64,000 bases of DNA from an uncultured Candidatus Saccharibacteria bacterium (GTDB lineage: Bacteria; Patescibacteriota; Minisyncoccia; Phycocordibacterales; PALSA-1337). The notes under the pieces were generated by a model. That model did not search any database. It was not told the DNA's origin and saw only the letters and a list, made by a program, of their open reading frames with translations. The stretch lies in contig CAYHLX010000003.1 in the NCBI GenBank assembly GCA_964357605.1, positions 1,579 to 65,578 of the forward strand, written 5' to 3'. The first letter of the stretch is position 1; every line of letters starts with the position of its first letter. The translations under genes and the position numbers were made by a program. This document shows positions 9,140-17,848 of the stretch, one piece after another.

Positions 9140-10228
9140 CTATTTTTGCGTCTCTAAAAATTGGAAAATCTTTTCGTTTACGAGGACTGTTTCGGCATAG
9201 ACTGCGGCTCGCTCACGATCGGCGTCTTTGTAGTGCTCTACGATATGGTTCACTTCTTGCTCTATTTCTTTTGGTTCAACTTTAATTTTTTCTTCCTCCC
9301 CAATTTTATTTAAAATGAGTTGAAGTTTAGCTTTTTTTTCAGCGGACGGTCTCCAGTCTTTTCTCAAATCTTCAATGGTCTTCTTGGCATGCTTGGCATA
9401 GTCTTCCATAGTGACTCCCATTCTCGTCATGTCATCAGAAAACTGAGCTTCGATTCTTCTCACTTCTGAATCAATCAAAATTTCCGGAACCTCTATCGCC
9501 GACTCTTCCACAAGTTTGTCGGAGATGGCAATTCTTTTCTTTTCTCTATTTCTGTCAGCCTTATCTTCTTTTAAAGATAATTTTATTTTTTCTTTGAAAT
9601 CGTTCACGTCTTTGAAGTCTCCGAGGCTTTGGACAAAGGTGTCATTGAATTCTGGTAGGGAGGCGTCAGTAGCTTTCTCATGTTCTTCAAGCGACATCTT
9701 GGCATGGTCATGTCCGCTATGATCGGCGCGGGATCTTCTGATTCTTAAAATGGCCTCATCAAGTTCTTTCTCACTGATCTCTACCTCTTCTTCTTTCTTA
9801 CTCATTTCCTCTTTTGAAATCTTTTTGTAATCGGTTAGCTTTATTTCTGGAACAATTGCTGTTGTGATTTTGAATTCTAGTGGGTTGCCTTTAGCAATTT
9901 TGGTGATCTGGATTTCTGGTCGGCCTAGGGCATCTATTTTTTCTGTAATCACAATTTCTGGGTAAGCTTTGGAAAGGGCGAGTTGGGCCATCTCTTCCAA
10001 GATACTCATTTCTCCGACTTTAGCGATGAGAATATTTTCTGGCACTTTGCCTTTTCTGAAGCCATCAATATTCACTTCGTCATTGATATTTTGTAGAGCC
10101 TTATTTCTAAAAGATTCAAAGACGGCTGTTGAAATAACTCCAGTTATCTCTACCTTTGATTTCTCTAGCTTGGTTACCACTACTGATTCATAGGCTTTTC
10201 GCGCCTCTTTTTTTGGCTGTTTATCCAT
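9140..10228 (-). CDS. tig: Trigger factor, short form. The N-terminal ribosome-binding and C-terminal chaperone domains are present. The central FKBP PPIase domain is apparently absent.
   Basis: N-domain GFRKGKVP motif. Length is 362 aa versus about 430 typical. The sequence passes from the N-domain end directly into the C-domain-like region. Confidence 0.7.
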   Translation of the reverse strand: MDKQPKKEARKAYESVVVTKLEKSKVEITGVISTAVFESFRNKALQNINDEVNIDGFRKGKVPENILIAKVGEMSILEEMAQLALSKAYPEIVITEKIDALGRPEIQITKIAKGNPLEFKITTAIVPEIKLTDYKKISKEEMSKKEEEVEISEKELDEAILRIRRSRADHSGHDHAKMSLEEHEKATDASLPEFNDTFVQSLGDFKDVNDFKEKIKLSLKEDKADRNREKKRIAISDKLVEESAIEVPEILIDSEVRRIEAQFSDDMTRMGVTMEDYAKHAKKTIEDLRKDWRPSAEKKAKLQLILNKIGEEEKIKVEPKEIEQEVNHIVEHYKDADRERAAVYAETVLVNEKIFQFLETQK

Positions 10229-10242
10229 TTTGATAAATCTAA

Positions 10243-12225
10243 TTAAACCAAGAACGCCACAATGAGTAGAGCCACAATGTTCAAGATCTTGATCATTGGG
10301 TTGATCGCTGGACCAGCGGTGTCTTTGTAAGGATCACCAACCGTGTCTCCAGTCACAGCGGCCTTGTGGGCGTCAGAACCTTTTCCACCATGATTACCTT
10401 GTTCAATGTGTTTCTTGGCATTGTCCCAAGCTCCTCCTCCAGAGGTCATAGAGATAGCGACGAAGAGACCAGTGACGATAGCACCGACTAACAAACCTCC
10501 GAGAGCCACTGGGCCCAGAACAAATCCCACAATGATCGGAGCGAGAACCGGTATAAGGGCCGGAGCAATCATCTGTTTGATCGCCGCAGAAGTGACGATG
10601 TCTACACATCTCGCATAGTCAGGTTTGGCAGTGCCATTCATGATTCCCTTTATTTCTCTAAACTGACGTCGAACTTCTTCAACGACCTTACCTGCAGCAC
10701 GTCCTACCGCTTCCATACAGAGAGCGGCGAAGTAGTAAGGAAGAAGACCTCCGATAAAGAGACCGATGATAACTTTAGGATTACTTAAGTCAAAAGTGAG
10801 CCCTGGGACAAGGTGAGTATATTCTGCAAAGAGAACGAGAGCTGCTAAACCTGCTGAACCAATCGCATAGCCTTTCGTGACTGCCTTGGTGGTGTTTCCA
10901 ACCGCGTCTAGAGGATCAGTGATGTCTCTGATCTCTTGTGGAAGATGCGCCATTTCCGCAATGCCACCAGCATTGTCGGTAATAGGGCCATAAGCATCAA
11001 TTGCGACAATAATTCCTGCCATGGAGAGCATACTCATTGCGGCGACTGCAATACCGTAGAGACCACCAAAGTAATAAGTAGTTAGAATACCGAGAACGAT
11101 TACTACTAGAGGCCAAGCGGTAGATTTCATAGAAATTGCGAGACCTTGGATGATGTTTGTACCGTGTCCAGAGATACTAGCTTCGGCAATAGACTGTACA
11201 GGGCGATATTTAGTAGAAGTGTAGTATTCAGTGATGAAGACTAGAAGACCAGTGATCACTAGACCAACAAGAGCACAAATAAATAAATCATCGGCTGGGA
11301 AGAGACCGTTATCACCCATGAGCCATCGAGTGACAGGGAAGAAGGCAATAGCAGAGAGAACTCCGGCCGCAATCAAGCCTTTGTACATGGCACCCATGAT
11401 ATCCTTTTTCTTTCCGAGCTTTACAAACCAAGTACCAATAATAGAAGCGATGATGGCAATTCCACCAAGAGCGAGAGGGTAAAGAACAGCCCCATCAAAT
11501 CCCTTAAAGAGAGTAGCACCGAGCATCATGGCGGCGATAGTTGTCACGGCATAAGTTTCAAAGAGGTCCGCGGCCATCCCTGCACAGTCTCCCACGTTGT
11601 CTCCAACATTATCAGCAATCACACCAGGGTTTCTCGGGTCATCTTCTGGAATACCCGCTTCAACTTTTCCAACGAGATCAGTTCCCACATCAGCCGCTTT
11701 GGTAAAGATTCCACCACCGAGACGAGCGAAAACAGAAATAAGACTTGAGCCGAAAGCGAGACCAATGAGAGAAGTCACTTCACCTGTAACTGCGTAGAAA
11801 ACTGTGACTCCTAGAAGGGCCAAACCAACTACAAAGAGTCCGGTCACCGCCCCTCCTTTGAAAGCGAGAGAGAGTGCCGCTCCCAAACCTTCTTTGGCGG
11901 CTTCGGTGGTGCGGATATTGCTTCTTACAGAAACGTTCATACCGATGTATCCAGCCAGAGCTGAGAGTACGGCTCCGATGACGAATCCTACCGCAAGAGT
12001 GATACCCAGGAAGTACCATAGAATGAAGAAAAGAATAATGGCGATAATGCCAATCGTCTTGTACTGGCGATTGAGATAAGCCTTGGCACCTTGTTGGATA
12101 GCCAGAGCGATTTCTTTCATCTTGTCGTTACCGGTCGGTTTCTTCATAATAGAAGAAATGAGGAAAGCTCCATAAACTAGTGCGATAAGGGAACTTATGA
12201 GGGCAAACACGATATATGGGTTCAT
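10243..12225 (-). CDS. hppA: Membrane-bound proton/sodium-translocating pyrophosphatase
   Basis: [27 protein letters not shown] and [14 protein letters not shown] are signature PPase motifs. It has many TM helices. Confidence 0.9.
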   Translation of the reverse strand: MNPYIVFALISSLIALVYGAFLISSIMKKPTGNDKMKEIALAIQQGAKAYLNRQYKTIGIIAIILFFILWYFLGITLAVGFVIGAVLSALAGYIGMNVSVRSNIRTTEAAKEGLGAALSLAFKGGAVTGLFVVGLALLGVTVFYAVTGEVTSLIGLAFGSSLISVFARLGGGIFTKAADVGTDLVGKVEAGIPEDDPRNPGVIADNVGDNVGDCAGMAADLFETYAVTTIAAMMLGATLFKGFDGAVLYPLALGGIAIIASIIGTWFVKLGKKKDIMGAMYKGLIAAGVLSAIAFFPVTRWLMGDNGLFPADDLFICALVGLVITGLLVFITEYYTSTKYRPVQSIAEASISGHGTNIIQGLAISMKSTAWPLVVIVLGILTTYYFGGLYGIAVAAMSMLSMAGIIVAIDAYGPITDNAGGIAEMAHLPQEIRDITDPLDAVGNTTKAVTKGYAIGSAGLAALVLFAEYTHLVPGLTFDLSNPKVIIGLFIGGLLPYYFAALCMEAVGRAAGKVVEEVRRQFREIKGIMNGTAKPDYARCVDIVTSAAIKQMIAPALIPVLAPIIVGFVLGPVALGGLLVGAIVTGLFVAISMTSGGGAWDNAKKHIEQGNHGGKGSDAHKAAVTGDTVGDPYKDTAGPAINPMIKILNIVALLIVAFLV

Positions 12226-12284
12226 AAATGATGATTAAATTCTACTATTAATAATTTTTGGCAATGCGCACAATATAATAGAAA

Positions 12285-12323
12285 AGAGCGAAATAAGCAA
12301 GAAATACAGGCCTATTTCGCTCT
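12285..12323 (-). terminator. Hairpin (AGAGCGAAATA ... TATTTCGCTCT, 11-bp arms) downstream of the 12350..12673 gene
   Basis: Perfect 11-bp inverted repeat seen in the sequence. The T-rich tail on the minus strand is weak. Confidence 0.4.
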
Positions 12324-12349
12324 CTTCTTTTACGGTTTAGTCTTTGTGA

Positions 12350-12673
12350 TTAGAAACTGTAATCTACGTCTTGCAATTGAGCCTCAAGTTCAGCTGAAAG
12401 GGAATCTACATCATCTGCACTCGTTGCGGGAGCTGAGTTTTGTGAAGCAGTAACTGCACTTGTTTGTTCGGTTGAGGTAATTGTTTCTACTGGTAGAGTG
12501 TCGTCCGTATTTAATTTTTTACCGAAGAAATAGAAGGCCGCCACTATGAGAATGATTATGATAATAAATATACCGATAATTGGTCCAACTTTTTTTTCTG
12601 GTTTACTATTATCTGGTGTAATTGGGGGCATACCATTCATCATGCCACTAGAGTTTTGAGTATTTATATCCAT
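12350..12673 (-). CDS. Small single-pass membrane protein with an acidic C-terminus
   Basis: TM helix GPIIGIFIIIIILIVAAFYFF. C-terminal DDVDSLSAELEAQLQDVDYSF. Confidence 0.45.
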   Translation of the reverse strand: MDINTQNSSGMMNGMPPITPDNSKPEKKVGPIIGIFIIIIILIVAAFYFFGKKLNTDDTLPVETITSTEQTSAVTASQNSAPATSADDVDSLSAELEAQLQDVDYSF

Positions 12674-12694
12674 ATTAATGTTTTTATATTAATT

Positions 12695-13414
12695 TTAATT
12701 ATTTGTTGTGGTCGCATTCCTTAGTTCCATTCCACGAGCGATGGCTACGACGACTTTATGCATGGCATCTCGTGCCGCTTTCACACTTTTTATTGCGGCA
12801 TCACCAAGAGTTCTTGGTTTTGTGAGCTCTACTTCAGCGGTAGTACTAGCGGTTGTATTTGTTGAAGAAGTGATGTTTAGAGCTTCAAAAGCAGCAACTT
12901 CTACCTTGGCTGTCGCTAACAAATTCTGAGCCTCTATAAAAAGGGTTTTGGCCTGAGTCATATCTTTACCACTTGTTTCCGCCTTGGTAATACGTGATTG
13001 AATTCGGATCGCAATGTTGTCTAGGTTTTTTATAGCGATGGAAAGTTCTTTGGTCAAAGCCTTTTTTCTGGTCTCAAAAACCTTGGTTTGCATTGTTTTA
13101 GCCAGCTTCTCCTTGTTTTCTTTATTTTCCCTGTTTTCTTGTGTTCTCTTGAAGATCATTCGATCTGGTGTGCTGGTCGCTTTTAAGAGCTTGGCTTTTT
13201 CATCCCTAAGCATCGGAGAACTGCTTGAGTTTTTTCTAGCTATGTCTACGTTTCGTATCTCCCGATTTTTCTCAAGACGATTCTCCATATTAACTTTTAT
13301 TTTTTCTGCTATAGGAGGTTTTTTATTTTCTTCTGCTCTAGCTGAGGAGGTACTAACTAGCATAAAAGAAAGAATGAGTATTGTGACGATAAACTTATTT
13401 GTTTTTATTTTCAT
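12695..13414 (-). CDS. Secreted coiled-coil hypothetical protein (signal peptide, ENRENKENKEK repeat)
   Basis: Signal peptide ILILSFMLVSTSSARA-EE. Charged low-complexity coiled coil. Confidence 0.5.
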   Translation of the reverse strand: MKIKTNKFIVTILILSFMLVSTSSARAEENKKPPIAEKIKVNMENRLEKNREIRNVDIARKNSSSSPMLRDEKAKLLKATSTPDRMIFKRTQENRENKENKEKLAKTMQTKVFETRKKALTKELSIAIKNLDNIAIRIQSRITKAETSGKDMTQAKTLFIEAQNLLATAKVEVAAFEALNITSSTNTTASTTAEVELTKPRTLGDAAIKSVKAARDAMHKVVVAIARGMELRNATTTNN

Positions 13415-13444
13415 AGTTATTTATTTTTTAATAATGCCATACTA

Positions 13445-14587
13445 TTATATATCAGATTCTTCTACAGTTGTACTACCCGTGTCTACTGATTGGATATCAA
13501 TCTTCCAGCCTGTAAGTTTGGCTGCTAGTCTCACGTTTTGACCGCCTTTGCCAATCGCTAGAGATTGTTGATCCACAGAAACCTTGACGATAGCCCGCAT
13601 TTCTTCTTTGTGTAAAACTATACTGACTACTTTTGCCGGAGAAAGTGCTTCCTCTATGAACTTGGCTGGATCTTCATGCCATTCGATAATGTCTATTTTT
13701 TCTCCTCCAAGCTCACTCATAACGGTAGAAACACGGACACCTCTCTGTCCCACTAGGGAACCGATAGGGTCAATGTGTGAATCTACAGAATGGACTGCGA
13801 TCTTTGAGCGAGCACCAGCTTCACGGGCGATGGCTTTCACCTGTACTACTCCTTGAGCAATTTCGGGAGCTTCTACTTCAAAAAGTTTGGCCAAAAACTT
13901 GGGGTGTGAACGAGAGATTTTGAGTAAAATACCTTTTGGTGTTTCTTCTACGGCGTAGAGATAGGCTCTAATTCTTTCTCCTTGTTTGTAATGCTCACTA
14001 GGAATCTGTTCTTCGTAGGGAATGACACCCACCGCTCGTCCCATGTCTATGAAAAGGGCTCCTCTTTCTATGCGTTGGACGGTACCAGAGACGATCTCTC
14101 CTTCTTTTTCTCCATATTCGTTCAAGACTGAAGTCTTCTCTGCTTCACGAATCTTCTGGATGATGACTTGCTTGGCTGTTTGGGCGGCAATTCTTCCATA
14201 GTTATCTTTGAGTTCCAGAGGGAACACGATCTCATCGTCTACTTTGGCATCTTTCTTGATCTTTTTGGCATCGGCAAGAAGGATATGGTGTTCAGGGTTA
14301 AATCTTACTCTGATATTTTCTTCATCTATGGTTTTTAGATCCTCCTCTTCCTCCTCATCTTCCATGATGACTTTTGTTTCATCGACAACGATTTTCACCT
14401 GGTAAAATTCTACTTTTCCACTGTTTTGGTCAAAAATAGCTCTCACGATCTGGCCTTTTTTGCCATATTCTTTTTTGTAAGCGGTGGCTAGGGCAAGTTC
14501 AATAGCCTCTAGCATTTTTTCCTTTGGAATTCCTCGCTCCTGTTCTAGTTGTTCTAGGACAGAATGTATAACTTTGAGATCAAACAT
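13445..14587 (-). CDS. nusA: Transcription termination/antitermination factor NusA, lacking C-terminal AR domains
   Basis: NusA N-domain, S1 domain, and tandem KH domains (DPIGSLVGQRGVRV...GKGGQNVRLA). Confidence 0.9.
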   Translation of the reverse strand: MFDLKVIHSVLEQLEQERGIPKEKMLEAIELALATAYKKEYGKKGQIVRAIFDQNSGKVEFYQVKIVVDETKVIMEDEEEEEDLKTIDEENIRVRFNPEHHILLADAKKIKKDAKVDDEIVFPLELKDNYGRIAAQTAKQVIIQKIREAEKTSVLNEYGEKEGEIVSGTVQRIERGALFIDMGRAVGVIPYEEQIPSEHYKQGERIRAYLYAVEETPKGILLKISRSHPKFLAKLFEVEAPEIAQGVVQVKAIAREAGARSKIAVHSVDSHIDPIGSLVGQRGVRVSTVMSELGGEKIDIIEWHEDPAKFIEEALSPAKVVSIVLHKEEMRAIVKVSVDQQSLAIGKGGQNVRLAAKLTGWKIDIQSVDTGSTTVEESDI

Positions 14588-14678
14588 GATGGTGTATGTG
14601 ATTTTTTAATAAAAAATGTTCGCTTTCGGCGAACTTCAGATAAGGAGAGTATAGCAGAAAGGGAGGGAAATGGAAGAC

Positions 14679-14708
14679 TTGACAAAACAGGTAAATGAGG
14701 TGTATAAT
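14679..14708 (+). promoter_or_regulatory. Sigma70-like promoter: TTGACA, 18-bp spacer, TGtTATAAT
   Basis: Consensus -35 and extended -10 read directly. It lies about 180 nt upstream of the GC-rich ORF at 14888. Confidence 0.5.
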
Positions 14709-14887
14709 ATATGTCAGCATATAAGGCTCTTTTAAACAACCTGATAACTGTATGGCTGTGAAATAAAGCTTGCATTAGTTAATATAATGCTGGTTTTGCT
14801 TCGCAGCCATGCCGTCAACCTGAAGTCGAGTATATTCACATGTTGTGAACCTCAAGCCTAAGGCCAGCGTCTGGTGCGAAAACAAAC

Positions 14888-15565
14888 ATGAGTAAAGAAA
14901 ATGAAAAAATAAGTCCTGGTCAATGTCATACCATTGGCGGACAGGTCTCGGACCGTCTTTTCAAATCCAATGCGAACTTTGAGATAGCCCAGGACGTATC
15001 GGAGGTTCGGAGCCATCCGTTCTGGGCGGAGTTCGATGGTCTGGTCCAGAAGTTTCTCGTCGTCGCGGAAGTAGTAAAGGCAACCATAATCGAATGGCTC
15101 GGCGACCTAGTCATCCCTGCCCAAGGTCAGTTCGAAGTTGCCACCCACTTCACCAAGACGAATCCCAATGGAGTGCAGTTCTGGGATTTTGGTCCCAACT
15201 TTATTTCCTGGTTCATGCCGATGACCGAAAAAGGAGTCGGCGAAACCAAAGTTGCCCTCGGAAAACTCCGAGTCAAAGCCAACTTTTCCGAAATGACTCC
15301 CGAGCTTGGCACTTCACGGGTCGTGACCACCTCGCAGATCTATTGGATGATCTGCCAACAGCCAAATGGTGAAAAACCAGATGGCAAAAAACGGCGCCTC
15401 GCTGTTGATGGATCAGTCACTATACTTCGCGCTCTTGATAAGGATGGAAAAGAACGTGCCGTGGGCGTGTACTGGGACGATGGCGGCGGCTGGCGCGTCT
15501 TTGCCAGCGGTCTCGAGTACGAGCGCCAGTGGAATGCTGGCCATCTGGTTGTTTCCAGCAAGTAG
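14888..15565 (+). CDS. Hypothetical protein in a GC-rich patch that looks foreign. No recognisable family.
   Basis: Longest of several overlapping ORFs in a patch of roughly 55% GC. It has its own promoter-like element and a downstream terminator. Confidence 0.45.
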   Translation: MSKENEKISPGQCHTIGGQVSDRLFKSNANFEIAQDVSEVRSHPFWAEFDGLVQKFLVVAEVVKATIIEWLGDLVIPAQGQFEVATHFTKTNPNGVQFWDFGPNFISWFMPMTEKGVGETKVALGKLRVKANFSEMTPELGTSRVVTTSQIYWMICQQPNGEKPDGKKRRLAVDGSVTILRALDKDGKERAVGVYWDDGGGWRVFASGLEYERQWNAGHLVVSSK

Positions 15566-15660
15566 ATCCTTTGTCTCTTTGTACCTTGCGTACTTTGACA
15601 CTTGGACCCTTTGGCCCTCTGAAACTGAATAAGTGGAAGGGGGTCATTTTTTTATAACTT

Positions 15661-15681
15661 GATATTCCAATTTGGAATATC
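15661..15681. repeat. Perfect 21-bp palindrome GATATTCCAA-T-TTGGAATATC, a candidate protein-binding site
   Basis: Read directly. The 10-bp arms are exact reverse complements. Confidence 0.9.
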
Positions 15682-15709
15682 AAAAAACCCGCTTTTAAGC
15701 GGATTTTTT
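15682..15709. terminator. Bidirectional intrinsic terminator (AAAAAACCCGC-ttttaa-GCGGATTTTTT)
   Basis: GC stem flanked by A6 and T6 tracts. Confidence 0.6.
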
Positions 15710-15804
15710 GCGAAGTATACCTTCATGATTGGCTTCTCCCTCGTCAGTAATAATAGCTTACTAGATATGATTTTAAAAGTCAATAATATAATCACTTTAC
15801 CTTG

Positions 15805-15874
15805 TGGAGGTGACGGGGATCGAACCCGCAAGCTTCTCCTGACGAGGAAGAAGCTCCAACCATTTGGCACCCCC
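15805..15874 (-). tRNA. Atypical tRNA-like element (acceptor, anticodon arm with CGU, and T-arm fold, but no canonical 5' D-stem). It is either an unusual tRNA-Thr or a 3' tRNA fragment or pseudo-tRNA.
   Basis: Reverse complement GGGGGTG-CCAAATGGTTGGAGC-...-GCGGGTTCGATCCCCGT-CACCTCC-A. T-loop TTCGATC. A 7-bp acceptor pairing. Anticodon loop CTCGTCA has a pyrimidine at position 37. The D-region has GGTTGGAGC but lacks a pairing 5' strand. Confidence 0.4.
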
Positions 15875-16014
15875 ACAGGGGAAAATAATCATCTACTGGT
15901 TGACTATAGCAAACTGAAATGAAGACAAAATAAAAAAGTTCTCAAATTTTGATAAAATCCGTGGTTGCACAATAGAAATTTATCTTGCCGCAAGATACGA
16001 AAGTGTTTTCTAAT

Positions 16015-16770
16015 CTAATATTGAGCTATGTACCTCCCAAGAATCCGTAAAGGGTTGATTAGAGGAACCCCAATATCTTGCAATTCATTCTCACATAGGC
16101 CTAACTCTGTACAACCTAAAAGTACTGAACATGAATCAGTAAGATTTTTCTTTTTTATAAAATTACGAAGTGATTTTACTAACGAAGTCTTTTTGCCAGC
16201 TTTAATATCATAAATAATTTTCATTATTTTCTTCTGTTCAATAATATTTGGCAAAATATAAGATATTCTATTTTTAGTAAATGTTGCAGTAAAAACTTTT
16301 TCTTTAATACTTCCATCTGTGGCTAGAATAATTATTGGTTGGGATAATTGTCTGTTAGTAATTTCATCAACAGTCAATTTGACCATATCTATGAGTGGCT
16401 TGGAAAGTTGTGATTGTATCTCTCTAAATCGAGCATGGGCTGTGGAGCAGGGCATACACAAGACTGTAGCACCAGATTCGATCAGTTTTTTCCCGGTAGC
16501 TACCACTTCTTTAATAAAGCTTTCTCCTCCATTCTCAAGAAGCGACAGTGTTCTGTCGGGAATCTGGGGATTGTTGTGGATGATGACTTGAATATGGTCC
16601 TGATCTCGCCTTGCAGGAGTGTATTCAAGAATGAATCTTTGGAGTTCAATAGTCGCCAAAGGTCCCATTCCTCCAATAATTCCTACCACTTTTTTATTTT
16701 TTGATGTAGGCATATTTTTTAAGTAACTCGACCACTCTCTTTTTTGGGATTTCCTCCAAGACTGTGCCAC
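16015..16770 (-). CDS. Aspartate/glutamate racemase family protein. The real start is probably the internal Met near 16710.
   Basis: VVGIIGGMGPLAT and LLGCTELGL are the two catalytic-Cys motifs of Asp_Glu_race. Confidence 0.75.
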   Translation of the reverse strand: MAQSWRKSQKREWSSYLKNMPTSKNKKVVGIIGGMGPLATIELQRFILEYTPARRDQDHIQVIIHNNPQIPDRTLSLLENGGESFIKEVVATGKKLIESGATVLCMPCSTAHARFREIQSQLSKPLIDMVKLTVDEITNRQLSQPIIILATDGSIKEKVFTATFTKNRISYILPNIIEQKKIMKIIYDIKAGKKTSLVKSLRNFIKKKNLTDSCSVLLGCTELGLCENELQDIGVPLINPLRILGRYIAQY

Positions 16771-17767
16771 CTCTCCCTTTCATAGTTTTTGCAGAAAAAA
16801 GAGCATCGTATATAGATTCTTCAGTAGCTTCGATTGTAGCTAAGAAAAACGGATTGAGTTCCTCATCTTTGAGGCATTGCCCAATATTTCCCGATCCTTC
16901 CAGGCCATTTCGATTTGTGCTGAAGGCAATTGAATAATCACCACTTGCGTGAGTTGCGATACTTCCCGTGCGCACAATACCCAAAAACGCACGTTCGGCT
17001 ATTCTTTTGAGTTGACGAGATGTAAGAGGTGCATCTGTGGCTACGACGATCATACATGAACCATCTGGAGTATGTGGAAGAAAAGTTGAAAAATCATTTT
17101 TTCCTAGAATTTCTCCAACTGGTACACCCAAGATAGTCAATGAGCCGCCATAATTAGTCTGAACCAGGACACCAATTGTGTATATCTTACTTTTCATTTT
17201 TACGATTCTCGATGCTGTGCCAATACCACCTTTCCATGAAAAAGCTCGTGCCCCAGTACCACCACCAACATTTCCAAGGGTAAAGTCTATTGAACGTGAA
17301 GTGTATGCTTTTAAAACATCTTTTGCCGAGATACTATTTTTGTGAATGTTGTTTAAACGACCATCATTGATATCACCCACAACCGCATTGATGCTGTCCA
17401 TAGGACCAAGATCTCTTGTTTCTTTTGCTACGAAATCAGCTACAGCCCGCATTACAGGACCTACTGACCGACTACTTGTGAGGGCGATTGGTGTTTCGAG
17501 AGTACCAAGTTCTTCAATTTGACTGATACCAACTATTTTGCCGTAACCATTGCCTACAAAGATTGCTACGGGAACTTTCTTTCGAAAAAGATTATTAATT
17601 CCAGGATCAATTATTGTCACGCCAGTACGTACATCTGACCCTATGATTTTGGTTGTATGGCCGACGGTCACTCCAGGCACGTCACTAATGCTTCGTCGTC
17701 GACCAGGAGGAAATAGACCTACCTTGAAGCCGTATGTGTGGAATCTTTGTGAATTTTTTTTGATCAT
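16694..17767 (-). CDS. Peptidase S58 (DmpA/OAT family) L-aminopeptidase / D-Ala-esterase-amidase
   Basis: GVTVGHTT...GVTIID N-terminal region and self-processing site region NVGGGTG are typical of DmpA-like Ntn hydrolases. Confidence 0.75.
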   Translation of the reverse strand: MIKKNSQRFHTYGFKVGLFPPGRRRSISDVPGVTVGHTTKIIGSDVRTGVTIIDPGINNLFRKKVPVAIFVGNGYGKIVGISQIEELGTLETPIALTSSRSVGPVMRAVADFVAKETRDLGPMDSINAVVGDINDGRLNNIHKNSISAKDVLKAYTSRSIDFTLGNVGGGTGARAFSWKGGIGTASRIVKMKSKIYTIGVLVQTNYGGSLTILGVPVGEILGKNDFSTFLPHTPDGSCMIVVATDAPLTSRQLKRIAERAFLGIVRTGSIATHASGDYSIAFSTNRNGLEGSGNIGQCLKDEELNPFFLATIEATEESIYDALFSAKTMKGRGGTVLEEIPKKRVVELLKKYAYIKK

Positions 17768-17848
17768 ATATTTTTTATAAAAAGCTGGCGACGGTTTTAA
17801 GGTCTGCCAGCGTGCAGACTAACTCCTAACTTTTATTATTCCCATTGG

